A DNA stretch of 61,789 nt, filler included, from Hausera hauseri (Eukaryota), in assembly GCA_046269625.1 (NCBI GenBank). It is 12 parts of 12 records of this genome, joined end to end, with 100 filler letters (N's around TTAATTAATTAA, not from the genome) between each part and the next. Parts side by side here need not be neighbours in the genome. Positions count along the whole stretch, not along the records: positions 9,505 to 16,324 come from JBJURY010062329.1; positions 16,425 to 20,510 come from JBJURY010770427.1; positions 20,611 to 27,197 come from JBJURY010084102.1; 9 more parts are not named here. The stretch is one strand, 5' to 3'. The position numbers and the translations under genes were made by a program. Shown one piece after another: positions 13,773 through 27,197 of the stretch (the first letter of the stretch is position 1; every line of letters begins with the position of its first letter). Under the pieces are notes generated by a model. The model saw nothing but the letters and a program-made list of their open reading frames with translations, was not told the origin of the DNA and ran no database searches.

Positions 13773-14179
13773 CTGAATCAAACACTGTAAATCCAGGAAA
13801 ACAAGTTACACCATAAAATAATAAGTTAACTATTTTTCTGAGGAGTAGAAGTAGACTGATTTGACTTTAGCTCCATCACAGAACTCTCATCTTGAGCAAG
13901 CATGAAGGAAATAGTAAATGGAGTGTACTTATATAGCACCTTTCTATCTTATCAAGATTCTCACTGACATGTTTCGGTGGAAAGAAAAACTCCCTCATGA
14001 CGAGGAAACCTTTACCTTACCATAACTGTTACCTTTACATTAAGAAATAAATTCTATCAAATAAAAACTAGTAACAAAACCAGAAACAATACTGTGTTCT
14101 TACCCGGGTTTTGATGAATTAAACAGTATTTATTGATTTAAAACCGATGATTGCCATCTAAGGAGGGCAAACAACTGAA

Positions 14180-14322
14180 AAATTCCTTCCTAAGATGCTC
14201 GGGTCCAAAAACTAAAACCTCAGTCTTGTCTGAGTTTAAAAGCAGAAAATTAAGGGTCATCCAGGTTTTTAATGTCTTTAAGACAAGCTTGTAGTCTAAG
14301 TAGTTGATTGGATTCATTGATG
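14180..14322 (-). mobile_element. L2-type LINE reverse transcriptase fragment (teleost-like)
   Basis: NESNQLLRLQACLKDIK / WMTLNFLLLNSDKTEVLVFGPEHLR with one frameshift. Confidence 0.85.
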
Positions 14323-16062
14323 AATAAATATGACAGATGAGAATTTTTAAGAATTGTTTTTATCTGCCTTTCACTTATGCAGTACCAATTGTACTTTTTT
14401 TTAGTCTTGGTTCATCTTTTATCCTATCTTTCTGATTGCTATAGTCTTCTGAGTAAACTATGTTTATGTTGTAGGGACACATCAAGGTTTTTCTACTATC
14501 AACTTTAATTCTTATGATACTTTGAAAGTAAGACTGACTCTCATTCCCAAAGTAGAACAGCAAGAAACCATGTCACAAAAAAAATTAATAACAAAATCTG
14601 TTATTGTAATTAATGGGACACCTGTTACTATGATCTTAGCAAAGCTGAAAGGCCTTTTTATGAGAACCTTTCCATTTGCTCTTCGAAGTATAACATCTGA
14701 ATGTTATGTGCATCTCTTCCTAAAAGGGAGGATTCGTCCTACTGTCTCAGAGTGTGAGAAAGAATCACCCTATTGTTCCTCAAGGCCTCTTTGGTAGTAG
14801 TGAATTTATGACACCACATTGCCCTCACACATTAGAATTTATATATTTTTGAACAATTTCATTTTCTGAGTTCTCCTGAACACAATTGAATGTTTTGCTA
14901 TAAAACTGCTATGAAATAACTTGTTTCCTTCTTTCTCAGCTCAGTACTCAGTTTAATGATGCAGTAGATGTGAAAAACTGATAATCAGAAGTTTCAACTG
15001 TTGTTTTTCACAAGTTCTAATGAAAATGTTCATGGATGAATCATTCTGTTTAGAAGTCTTAAATGTTCTGCTGTTATATTGAGTATTAACCAAAGCAGAG
15101 TAAATTAGCATTTATTCTTAATATTGTTGGTAAAATTAAAATGGTGCATTAACCTGAAACAAAGGTCCACCCTTTCTGTTTGATTGGATCAACCATCAAT
15201 ACTGTAACACCCCTCTAAGTCAGAGAAAATTATTCTGACATTTTTAGTTAGTCAGTCTTGGAAGAAGCTTTTGAAGAAGAAAGATCAAGCAATCTACAAT
15301 TATTCCAGAAGAGAGAGAAAACGCAGGCCTCCGGAAGCACCAACTGACCCATCAGGAGCCAGTTAACTATCGACTCCAGATTTCAGCTGATGTCCAGTGA
15401 CGAGGGCTATCCCACCTTCGACACTCAAATCATCTCAAGAGTCCTGCTGGTAACCCTCGGGCAGTTGAACTAGAACTTCAAATCTGTAGAAAAGCTGCTC
15501 ATTCTCTCTGCTGGTGTCTGGTGCTCAAGAGAAGAAACTGTCCAGTCTAAGTAAAATCCATCATTATTAATTAAAATTTTCCTAAATTGACAAGTCACAT
15601 CTAGCCAAACACTTCCTTTAGTTAACTTTATAGATGATAATTTACTCTGCTTTTGAACTTCATAATTCACCACATTAAAGTTAAGAAAATAATCCCATAA
15701 ACTCTTCTTGTGTTGTCAAGTTAAAGCCATTATTCATTCGTCAGCTGTACTCATCATTTCTGATCACTTATATTTACCAATATTGATAATAAACTTCACA
15801 AAATTGTACTTTGAATCCATGCGTTATTATATGACATTTTAATTTAATACAAAAAGAACTCACTAGAACAAGTAAACTTGAGACTGATTTTATATTTTTC
15901 TTGCTTAAGACGGGAAAGCAAGTGGTGCCCCCTTTCAGAATAAAATTACTAATCAAAATCCAACAATCTGAGGACCCCTTCCTCTACAATGTACAATCTT
16001 ATTTCCCAATTATGCATATTTTTATAATTAGTTACAAAATGAAAATATTTTGACGAACATAC

Positions 16063-16180
16063 CTGATGCAGTCAAAATTTGCTGAGCCATTTCTTTTCTT
16101 TCTTTGAACATTGCCGCTTTTGAAGTGTTAACACAGATGGGTGTAGTGTCAGGAAAAGCCTTCATCACTTCTCTGGACAT
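16063..16180 (-). CDS. Internal exon resembling the C-terminal end of a Ulp1/C48 peptidase domain (Ginger-like transposon accessory region)
   Basis: atcag acceptor and gtatgt donor; 118 nt; MSREVMKAFPDTTPICVNTSKAAMFKERKEMAQQILTAS(G); phase-compatible with exon 13708-13772. Ulp1 assignment is from recalled similarity; catalytic residues lie beyond the contig end. Confidence 0.6.
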
Positions 16181-16823
16181 CTGATATAAAAATATATATT
16201 TTATAGGGTTGTATGTTGCCTTCATGCCATATTAAGCTTTTAAAGGTTTTGAACTATCCCTTTAGGCCTTTATGATATAAACTTATGTGTGCTTAAATGT
16301 GTTTAGAAACAGGTTCCAGTGCATNNNNNNNNNNNNNNNNNNNNNNNNNNNNNNNNNNNNNNNNNNNNTTAATTAATTAANNNNNNNNNNNNNNNNNNNN
16401 NNNNNNNNNNNNNNNNNNNNNNNNTATTATGGTGATTTATTTACTTTTAACATAATTGTGGTTATTGAGTTTAGATACTCTAGGATTAAAATATTCGAAA
16501 TTCCTAAAATCATGGCAGTAAATATGTACGAATCAAGCTTAATAAATATTTCACTTTTCTATGGTATCTTCCTGACCTTAAACACCATGATGCCTCATTC
16601 GGCTTATTGTCAGAACTGAAGATATCTTTGAACAGTTCAGATGTCAAAGTATTAAGAAGTCTTGAATGTTCTATTTTACCAAAATTGTATGTGAATATGA
16701 GCCTCATTACAAAGCGCTGTTTGTCATCGGAGAGTTGACGCGATTTACTGCAAAAATAATCAATCCTAAAAGCGAGAAAGTCGGTTCTGGCACAGATGCG
16801 CACACGAAATGTTTATTGAATCA

Positions 16824-17047
16824 CATTCAATCGAAATTGCATCACTTCTGGTGTAAATTGCATCACTTTTCGTGTGAATGTCATAACTCATCCGTGACAG
16901 ATGAATGCGTTACACGTATTTCGTAACGCTGTTAAATGCTTCGATTTTTTTTTCGCCTGAGTGATTCAATTTTTCTAGATATAATGTGACGCAGTTTCAC
17001 CAGAAGTGATGTCATTTACACCGAAAATGACGCAATTTCGACAGAAT
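16824..17047. repeat. MITE-like imperfect inverted repeat (~55-bp arms with 20-bp subrepeats)
   Basis: CATTCAATCGAAATTGCATCACTTCTGGTGTAAAT versus reverse complement of the right end CATTCTGTCGAAATTGCGTCATTTTCGGTGTAAAT. Confidence 0.7.
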
Positions 17048-18586
17048 GCAACACAGGAAAAATATGAGGGTTAGTGTGTCAACGCCAGGACCGTTTTTAC
17101 CATACTAATCAGTGAAGTTAACATATGAAGAAATGTGACAAGTAATAACCAGGACCAATAAGAACTAAATGAATGTGATTTTACCCAAAAGGATTGGGGT
17201 TTTCATTTTAATGAACGAAAACAAAAAATATGAAATTAAAATAACACAAAATACTATTGCTTGAAATTTGCAGTCATATGCCAGTAACTGAATTGAAATA
17301 TTGAAATATTGAAATATTGAAACCGCGACGTTTGACTGACGGATTGTGGATTTTCTGTTGAAACACGTTTGGAAATAGAAAATTTCTCATTTATTCAAAT
17401 CGAGATTCAAATTTTCGCATGTTCGATTGAATCGAATCGTATCAAAGGATAATAACGAAATAAGAACATAAAGGGGTTGTACAGCTTTCAGCTTTCTTCG
17501 TGGTACGGCGGTTGTGGTTAACTGGCCAATCGTTTCAAATCGAAACCGAGAATGTTTAATGTGTTGTGGTAGACAGCACTTTTATATTCGCGATGTTCTG
17601 TTTGAATCATATATTTAAGTTATAATTCGAATTTATTTTTATAAACATTTGTACTTGTCAAATTGTGAATTCGTAGGTATGATTTTCTAGTAGACGTATT
17701 GCACAAACTTTAATTTTCAGTAATTTATCTCGATTAGTAAATTCTTGAAAACTTTGGAAACGTGTTCATTTGTCGATAAAATATTAAAGCTATTATATCT
17801 TTATTAACTCTTAAATTCAACAGGGATATTGAGAGTTTTCTCATTGTTATTCTTACTAACGTCCTTTGGGATTCCTCGTTGGTTAATATTTTGACAATTA
17901 AAACTAAACAAAATCTATGAAATTATAACTATTCTAATAACAGAAAACTTTATTTTCAGATGTCAACTTTGAGAAACCAAGCTCACAATTTTGTAATTGG
18001 AATTATTGAATTGAACGACAGAATTTCTAGATGTCCCAAAGAAGTTATTTTTTATTAAAAAATTAAATTCAGGTCTGTGCTTACAGGAGGAGTCTTTGTT
18101 GAAGATATTAAAACAGTCTTTGGGAACATTTGAAAAAAAATTAACTGGTTTAAGTCGTCTGTTAGCATTCTATAATGCTGTTGTGTTCTCTGAAGTTAGT
18201 TTGTTGCTCAAATATTGATTATCAAGTATTCTTTTTTAATTTTTTCGCATTATTTTTTGGACCAATATATCACAGCAATATCGAAACGGTTAACGAAATA
18301 TTTAATCCTTTCGATCATGTCTTTTTCTATGATGGAATTTTCATTTTTTTCATAATTTTCTAAATAAACGTATACTCACTAGGCATTTTTTCAAATATCG
18401 GAAAAAATATGACATCGTTTCAGAATTGTATAGTGATGAAAATCTGCATCATTGGGACTTAATGGTAACAAAATGATTACATCCATACATTAGTGAGGAA
18501 TATACAACACATAAAAATGTTGTTCAATGTAAGTCATGTTGAAAGTCGCAATCAGTAGACATTCAGAATAACTAACTTGTATGGCA

Positions 18587-19879
18587 CGTGATGCGTTAGA
18601 TAAGACCCTGGACTCGTGTATAAATAGAATGATGGTAATAATGATGTTGTTACTATAAATAGCGGTCACCCTAGTGGCTACAAATTTAGCGCCTGTCGTG
18701 TTTGTGCTGCTGCATTGGTGAGAGAGCAGGACAGTTTTGTCATTTTCATACAAGCGATATCGTCAAACGTGGAATATCGTAGCGTCATCAAAGTTCTTGT
18801 GCTGAAAGGCACTTAGAATAAAGAAATCATCCAACTACAGGAGGTCTACTAGAACCAGGGTTCATCACGTTCAAGGACTTACAACTGGATTGGGGAGTTT
18901 AAACGTGGTCGACAGTCAGTTTTAGACCAGGAAAGAGAGGGAAGATCGCCTGATATTTCCGATGAAAAACGAGAATTGTACCAGAAAATTGTCCTCTCTG
19001 AACGCAGAATTAGCATTCGTGAATTGGCGAAACGTCTCCATGTCAGTTCGTTCACTACTCAAGCAATCCTGAAGGATTTGGACGTCAGAAAACTTTCCTT
19101 GCGCTTCTTTCACAGATTCATCAGTGGAGAAATGGCCGCTCAACACCTGGCGTGTTGCAAAGCCAACCTGAAGCTCTACGACAAGTATGGCGATGCTTTT
19201 CTTCAAAACATTGTCACAGAAAACGAGACTCCAGTCAGCCTCTATGTCCTTGAGAGTAAGAGGGACTCTTGAGTGGTGAATATCATCTGAATCAGCTCCA
19301 CGCATTCTCCGCAGTGTGACATCTCACGGACGGGCTGCCATGCTTACTGCATTCTGGGATATTCGCGGCATTATTAAGATCGATTTCCTGGACCGAGAAG
19401 CCACGATGAACTCACATTACTACAGTGAGCTCATGCATGATGTGCGAAAACGTCGACGAAAGTCTCCAGGCATCCCTCTCTGGCTGTTGCATGACAATGC
19501 TCCAATTCATACTTCACAAATCTCCTCGGTCACAACAGAAGAGTGTGGCTTCCAGCTTGTGGCGCCTTCACTATACATCCCGAACCTGGCTCCCAGTGAT
19601 TTTGTGCTATTGCGCCACCTCAAGCGACATCTGAAAGGCCACCATTTTCAATCCGCAAGAGAACTGAAGGAGGAAGTGGAGCAAATCCTGAAAAATTGGC
19701 TCCAAATTTCATCAGAATGCCCTTATGAAGATCCTTCGACGCTGGAAGAAATGCGTAGAGGAAAAAGGTTCATACATTGAGAAATAAGTGTATGTTGGGT
19801 TATGTAAATGTCATTAAAATTTGAAAAGGTTTGGCCTCTTTTTTCTTGTCGAGTCCAGGAATTTATCTAACGCATTACG
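18587..19879 (+). mobile_element. Full-length mariner (DD34D) transposon with pseudogenised transposase (~18757-19787)
   Basis: ~30-bp TIRs CGT(G/A)ATGCGTTAGATAA..CCTGGACTCG; TA on the right and CA on the left; motifs FKRGR, IVTENET, FWD, LHDNAPIH, and 34 residues to APSDF; stops and frameshifts. Confidence 0.93.
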
Positions 19880-20279
19880 TATATTTACTATCTATGGTAT
19901 ATTTACTCTTCTTTCTTGAAAAGGTTTCTTTAGTCAAACATTACTGAACATATCAATTTCTGGCTGCGCCTTTCAAAACCTGTCTGCATCGTCTTTATTA
20001 TGTAACGAATTATTGACACAGTGAAAGTTATTGCGCAAAGTTAAAAACCTGTTTAGAGTAATTGTATCAGGTATTAATGGAGCATGACGTTTATTAATTC
20101 AGAAAAGACGCACATATGTGGAAGTTTTATTGCACACATCTCAATATGTATACCAATACGCCATTCATTTCTTTAACATCTATTCGTTACACTACTTTTT
20201 TTCAAGATTATAGATATCTTCTCATGCTTATGTCTTCAATTAATGAATCTTGAAGGAATTTAATAAAATACTATATATA

Positions 20280-20510
20280 CAGAGTGTTCGGATAGAAGTG
20301 TCGGTTCAAAAAACACTCATGAAATCCACAGTATTTGAAATTTATTAATAAAATTTTACATACGCGATCCTCAAACACTACTAATGAAAAAAATAGTTAG
20401 TTCAGTTCGAATCGTTCACCTTTTTCCTTAACAACTTTCTTCACTCTTTTAGGACACATTGTCACAACTGGTACGCGCAAGATCGTCAAGTTATTGGCCT
20501 GCCTCTTCGT
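20280..20510 (-). mobile_element. 3' end of a Tc1/mariner-superfamily element
   Basis: TA|CAGAGTGTTC terminus at 20280; minus strand ends KRVKKVVKEKGERFELN*, like an ITm transposase C-terminus. Confidence 0.55.
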
Positions 20511-22239
20511 NNNNNNNNNNNNNNNNNNNNNNNNNNNNNNNNNNNNNNNNNNNNTTAATTAATTAANNNNNNNNNNNNNNNNNNNNNNNNNNNNNNNNNN
20601 NNNNNNNNNNTATGGTTTGTGTGCTCCGAATATATTAAAAACGATTTAATTGTTGTTGTTGTTGTACAAAACAAAGGGAAATAAATGTTAGATTCAGACT
20701 TGACTTGAAAGCATACCTGATTGTTATAGCCAGGCAGGCGTGGTCCGACAAAATACTAAGTTACCGAAAAATCAAAATGATCCTTATAATAAGATAGGTG
20801 AGGAAATGTGGTTACCCGAAACTGGGTCAAAAAAAAACTTTCAAATGTTTGTTATANNNNNNNNNNGTCAGTCCCAAATTTTTTCCTACTCAACTGAATG
20901 CGGTGAGTCCGAATATGTAGGTAGCTGAAACTGGGCCATTAATAAAAATTAATAATAAAAAGAAAAATTAATAAAATATTAAAATTAATAATATAGTAAT
21001 ATAAAAAATTATTAAGAGAAAAAAAATAAACATTCACTGGGTGATCTATCTTCGGTTGTCGCACATTTTCGAAATGACGATAAACTGAGTGCTGTGGTAT
21101 TTTATATGTTAGTGTATGCAGTGGTCATAATTTAATTACACACATTGTGATTTTGAAAACAGTGCTTCCAAAAAACAACCCAGTCTCAATTTCAAATGTT
21201 CAGTACTTCGGGAATGAACTTTAGACTAAAGGGCGACCAAATCATGAGAAATAATATGATATTTTCATTAATGTGAGCTTCAGCATATCATTTCAATATC
21301 TCTCTTACACATTTGGTAGTATTCATTAGTTTGTAGGCAGACGGTCTCAGGTGTCACCATCACCACCACCATTGCACTTTTGATAACAATCATTCTCCTT
21401 GTGAGTAGTAGTAGTAGTACTTAATTATGAGCTCGTGGCAATTTGTGAGGTCGTAAATCGTTCGATTTTAAGTGTCGTCGTCGTACAAAATAAAATTAAC
21501 GATTTTTACAAAACGAACGCATTTACAACGATAATGACGATGATTATGATGATGATGATGATTTTCACTTTTAAAAATGCGTTTTTCGGTTACATTTTTC
21601 ACCCGGATCTGTTGGTCTGATCGTGAGACGGTTATAATATGAAATTTTCCCCAACTTACGGGCAATGTATGAGACCCATTTCCATTACCGGCAGACTTAA
21701 AAAGGGGGAAATTTTACCCAACGGAAATTTTCCTTATCGGTTTGTCCCATGTTCCCTTGGTCGGACGACGACGAAATTGTGTCCATGCGACTTGCCAACA
21801 TCAATTTTACTTCTGTACAAAATTTCGGTATACCAGCAACATGTGTTGCGTTGCCCGTTGCACAATGCCCGTTTTTCTTCTTCCACCTCCTGTGCCGCCG
21901 GGTTACATATTTCGACTTCGCGGCGCAGTTGACATTTGTTCGCCTTGTCCGGCTCGACCGATCGGTCTCGGTCGAAAGTCCATTGCCCGACCTTCTTCTA
22001 CTCCTGGGGGGTGGTCTTAATGACGCACCAAACAAATCTCCATCAGATACGCAACTGACAGATGAAAAATACCCAAAATACTATTTTCTTTGAAAGTGTC
22101 TTGTAGAGCTCCTTGCAAATAAATTACATTTGTAGAGAAATCCATGGTATATGATAACTGAATCTGAATCAGAAGTCTTACTTAGCAATTTATTGACCAC
22201 AAAACGTAAACAAACATTACCATATCTGTCTATACACAC

Positions 22240-25200
22240 GGTGGAGAAAATTTTCTTACTGATCCGTTAACTCCCCACTACGATCACCTATTCAGATGTG
22301 TGCCACAACAGGCATTAGACATTACAGGCACTACATCACCCCCCCCCCCCCGCGCGCATGACAAAATTAAGACCAGAAAGAAAAAATAAACGTAGAATAT
22401 CATAAAGAAAGGAAAAAATTGTACTATTGGGCTTTAGTATGTGTTAAACGCTGGATTCTATTTATGAATTTCTACCTACTGTAAGTACTAAATGTCACTT
22501 GGTGTGATCTACTGGAGGTTGCTGGTGTTTGCGGAGTTGTTTGAGAGAGAGATGTTGTAGATTTTATAGTATTTTGAGAGGATGTTTTGTGAAGAGGTGA
22601 AAGTGGAAAGGAAGCTGAAAAAGGAAGGGAATCAAACGAAGAAGGCGAGACTGGAGATGGAAGCGAATCGTGCGATGAAGGTGAAGTGAGTGGTGGATGT
22701 ACAGGCCATGACGGCGAAGTAGGTAATGAAGGAGCAGTAGACGATGGAGGAAATGAAAAGAATTGATTGTGACACATAGTGATTGCTGCGACTGAGCAAA
22801 ATCATCGAGGAAATTAGATGATGGCTTGATAGAAGAGAAAATAGAGTTAGGATTTGAACAGAATTGTTATCCTGGTTATCATCAACGAAGAATGCTGGCT
22901 TAAGATTGGAAATGTGTACATTTTGCGGTTTGTCCTTGCGTAAAATGGTAGCGATGTGTAAAGAAAGGTTGAGTAGTCTATAAGGGCCAACGTACTGAGG
23001 CCGAAAACCAGAAGGCGACTGATCCTTCAGCCATACAAACTTGGCTGAGTATAAGTCCTCCGGAATATACGATTTGTCTTTATTTATAAGGCGGCAAAAA
23101 GTGTTTGAGCTGATATTGACAAAGTATGGCTGTACCGCACGAATAACTTCATGTGACGGACTTTCGTCGAAATCAGAAAGCTCAAATAGTGCACAAATTG
23201 GTGTTCCAAGGAGAGCCTCGGCTGAAGCACAACATGTGGTGGCGGAAGGCGTGTTGCGCCAATCGAGTAAGACAAAAGGAAGAATTGAGGTCCAGTTGTG
23301 ATGATTGTTTGCCAAGATTTTTAAGGAAGTTTTCATGGTCCAGTGAAATCTTTCAAGAAGGCCATTTGGTTGGGTACGGTGTTGTGTGGAAATGGGCTAT
23401 CCCCAAGTGCTTTACCAGAGATTTAAAAATATCAGCTTCAAATTGCGGACCCTGGTCCTTTATAATGTGACGTGGTGAACCAAAACGGCTGATCCATATT
23501 TTAATAAAGACATCTGCTACTGAATCAGTATTGGTTGATCGAAGAGGAAAAGCTTCAGGCCAGCGAGAATGGCGTCAAAGCGAGATGTACAAGGGAAGTG
23601 GTAAAGTGGTGGTTTGAGGTGTTTTTGGACCTTATATTGCTGACATGCTACACATTCCTTAACCCAGACCTGTACATCTGTATGCCTAGTTGGCCACACA
23701 AAGTGGCGCTGCAGTAAGCGAAATGTGGCCTTCGAACCCGGATGATGAAGAGAGTGAAAGTGAATGAAGGTTGTCTTTTGTAACGATGGAGCAAGAATGA
23801 TTTTTGTATTATTCAAGTTGGATGTGTCGTGGGCGATTCCATCGATGATCTCAACAGATTGAAAAGCTTAGAGGATATTAGGTAATGGCTGGTTACTTTT
23901 CAGGATTTCAGAGGAGAAAATTGGCTGAATCGTAATTGAGCTGACCTACCGCGACAAAAAATCTGCTACCAAATTTTTGGTGCCTGAAATAAATTTCATA
24001 GAAAAACCAAATGTCGACAGATATCTGTCGTTCTTGCCTGGATGATTACTGTTTTAACGTCATGATATGCAGCAGAGGCTTATGGTCGGTTTGGATGACA
24101 AATTGTCTGGATAGAAGCAAATGCTTGAAATGCTTTACCGCCAGAACTGTGGCTAGTTTCTCACGGTCGAAAACTTTCTGGTTGTGTGAGTTTTCGGGAA
24201 TAGAATTTTAACGGCTCATAGACACGAGTGGCTGTGGTGGAGGCATTGGTGGTTAGTATGAGTTCCGCGTTGAGTTTTGGAAAAGCTAAGATTTCAACAG
24301 TCTTTAGACCTTCAGGAAGGCGATAAAATTGGTTTATTAGATCAGAAGTCCAATGGATTAGTTGTCTTTTCTTCCAAGATGATAGGTGTGCGAAAGGTGC
24401 CGTTAGTTTGGAACAGTGTGGCACGTATTTGTGTACGAAATGTAATGTCCATAGAAAACTCCTCATGTCGGTGGTAGTTGTTGGTAATGTGACATTTTTT
24501 AACTGTTGTAAATGATCAGGCTGGGGCGAATAACACTAGGGAATAATTATGTGGCTTAAGAAGTTGACGCGTTTCTGGAAGAAATTGCATTTGGAGAAAT
24601 TAATTTGCAGGTTGCTTTGATGCAATCTGTGGAAAGTAATTTGGAGGTACCCATGATGTTGTTTTATGGGGATGGAAGAGATTAGTATGTCGTCAATGTA
24701 TGGGTAAGCAAAATCAAGACCTGAGAGAACGTTGTCAATGATGCGTTGAAAGGTCTGAAATGCGCTACGTAAGCCGAAAGGCATGGAGATGTATTCATAA
24801 AGGCCAAATGGTGTGATGGCAGAAGTTTTTGGAATGTCATCAGGTGGGACAGGAATTTGATGATAGGCCTTATGCAGATCAATGGCAGAATATGTATTGG
24901 TGTTATTGAAGTTATGAAGGATATCCTTAATGATGGGTAGTGGATAAGCATCTATTACAGTCATGTTGTTTACTTGACAATAGTCGCCACATGGCCTATA
25001 GGTACAATCTTTCTTTGCTACTATATGAAGTGGTGAAACCCAAGGCGAACTTGATCTCCGAATGATACCAAATTTTTCAAGTTCATTAAATTCCTGTTCC
25101 ACAGCTTTACGTCTGCGTGGAGGCAAAGGTCTAACCTTTTGTTTGATAGGCCTCTGATGTTCTGTTACTATGTGATGATAAGTTGTGGATGGAGGCTTGA

Positions 25201-27197
25201 AGTTGATGTCCTTTTTAACTATGCGAAAGCAAGACGTTGAGATGTAGGATTTAAGATGGGAGTCTACAGATAAGAATGGTTGAGGCATATTATCGAAAGA
25301 AACTGTTGCAGTAATTGACGAAAAACAACTGGTATTGCCACAGTCAACATTCAGTTTTGATTTCTGTTTTAAATAGGTTTGTAATTGTTATTCATAACTG
25401 AAAAAATACTAACATTATTGAAAGTTTTGTCAATTGTTGAGGAGGTTTTCAATATATTTACAGATGAATGCAATGAATTGCTTGCTAGATTGCATATGAG
25501 TCATTTGATTGGATTTGCGATCTAATTTCTGTGCACTAGACAGTTGTATTTGCAATCAACTAACAGATCATGTGCAGCCGGGAAATCTGAGCCGATTATT
25601 GGTGACTTTATATTAGCTATGATGAACTTCCAAACAAACTTGTCTTGTAAGTTGTAGAAGGTAAAAGTTAGCTCTGTGGTGCCAACAATGCGCAAAGGCT
25701 GCCCACTGGCTGTGAGCAGTTGAGGCGAAGAAATTTGTTTGAAGTTGGTGCAAACGATAGCGGAAAAAACGAAAAGGCGGTTCCAGAGTCGATGAGAAAG
25801 TCTATATTTGATGAATCGTCATGGAAGATTTCAGCTTTCAACAGAAAGCCTGCAGAGGTGGTATTAAGACGGCCAGAAGAATGTAATGCATTGCCTATAC
25901 AAAAATGTTCCGTGGAATTTGGCGGCGTTATTAGTTTTTTGAAGGGTTTGGGAAAATGGGAAATGGAGAAGAAATGGAAGAGATTTATTTTTGTAATGTT
26001 TGCAACCAGGCACACATGATATGGCCTGTGACTGATACTTAGTATGGTAGATGCAAATGGAATTGTCCACAGCGTATCGTTCACTGTAGAACCGATAGCC
26101 CAAGAAATATTTCCTTGCATCCTTTCGAAACCGCGTATGATAGAATCAAGTCATACATCCACCAGGGCATGTGGATCGAGGAGGGTGTCTTGAAAGACTT
26201 CGCTTTATTGAAGGCCTAATTTCACTTCGTCAAGGCCCATTAAGATTGTTTAGTTGGGTGGTAATGGTCGAAATTGACTGCTGTAATATATCAGATTGTT
26301 GCTGCATCATTTGCAATTGTTTAGCGAAAGATGTGGTGTCTAAATTTGGCGTGTGTGGTTGCAGCCGAAATTGGAAGAAAATTATTTGTGTGGAGGATTT
26401 CAAAGGACTTATCAGCCATTATGACCATTTTTTCAATAGCCTTGGAGTCGTCTGCGACAGTAAGCATGGCTCTGATACAGATGGGCAAAGGCGACAAGAA
26501 ATAACGGCGAATTAAGTCCGCGTTATTTGTAGGCGTTACTCCAGAGGCACTAAGTTGAAATATGGCAGTTTGGAGAAAGTCGGATGGCTTTTTGCTTTCT
26601 ATTTCATGATCATTGAAGTATTTTTATATCATATTGCCTATCGATGGATTCGTGATATGGAGTACAGACTCAAGGAGTGTTTCGTAAGGTGTCAAAGATT
26701 GGAACAGTTCGAAGATGTTACTGATCTGCTGCTTGGTGTTAGCAGGCAAAAGAATTAAAAGACTGTTGGCTCGCACAAAAGTGTCAGTTATATTGTTGGA
26801 TTTTAGCCACTTGTTGGAATTGGAGTCATTTTCTACTGGAATTATTTTTATCAAGAAAAAAATCCACACAAGGTAGATTTGGTGAGGCTCTTGTTTCATG
26901 AGAGTTTGATAAACGATAGATAATAAATGTGTTTGTAGATTTATCATCTGAGAAAGATTGATTTGGGTCCGATACACCCCGAAGGTGAAAGTTGACAGTG
27001 AGATGGATGATCAAATGTTCATGACGTTTGAATAATGAGAGGGAGTCGTAAGAGTGCATAGTAAGACCTTGATATGTGAAGTAAAAGTCAGAAGTGTTGA
27101 ATAAGGAGGACACGGAGTTATATAAGGGCTGTGCTATTCTGTTGAGAGGAACTCTTATTGTTTTTTTATGCTGATTATTGCTGAAAACCAAAAAGGA
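22240..27197 (-). mobile_element. Gypsy family 1, copy E (near full length, decayed)
   Basis: Ubl-like N-terminus (26976-27197), Gag, two CHCC, AAAAAAC-TAA (25931-25940), protease LIDSGT, RT 24536-25288 (YIDD), RNase H, integrase with YVGPY, poly-G PPT 22336-22351, LTR start TGTAGTGCC at 22335. Confidence 0.94.
26976..27197 (-). pseudogene. Ubiquitin-like domain at the Gag N-terminus (copy E)
   Basis: SFLVFSNNQHKKTIRVPLNRIAQPLYNSVSSLFNTSDFYFTYQGLTMHSYDSLSLFKRHEHLIIHLTVNFHLRG; alignable to copy L 58014-58229 and in frame with the Gag start. Confidence 0.62.

Noticed and set aside
21697-22200. Possible piggyBac C-terminal Cys-rich remnant on the minus strand
   Set aside because: Needs several frameshifts and substitutions, and no TTAA-CCC end was found.
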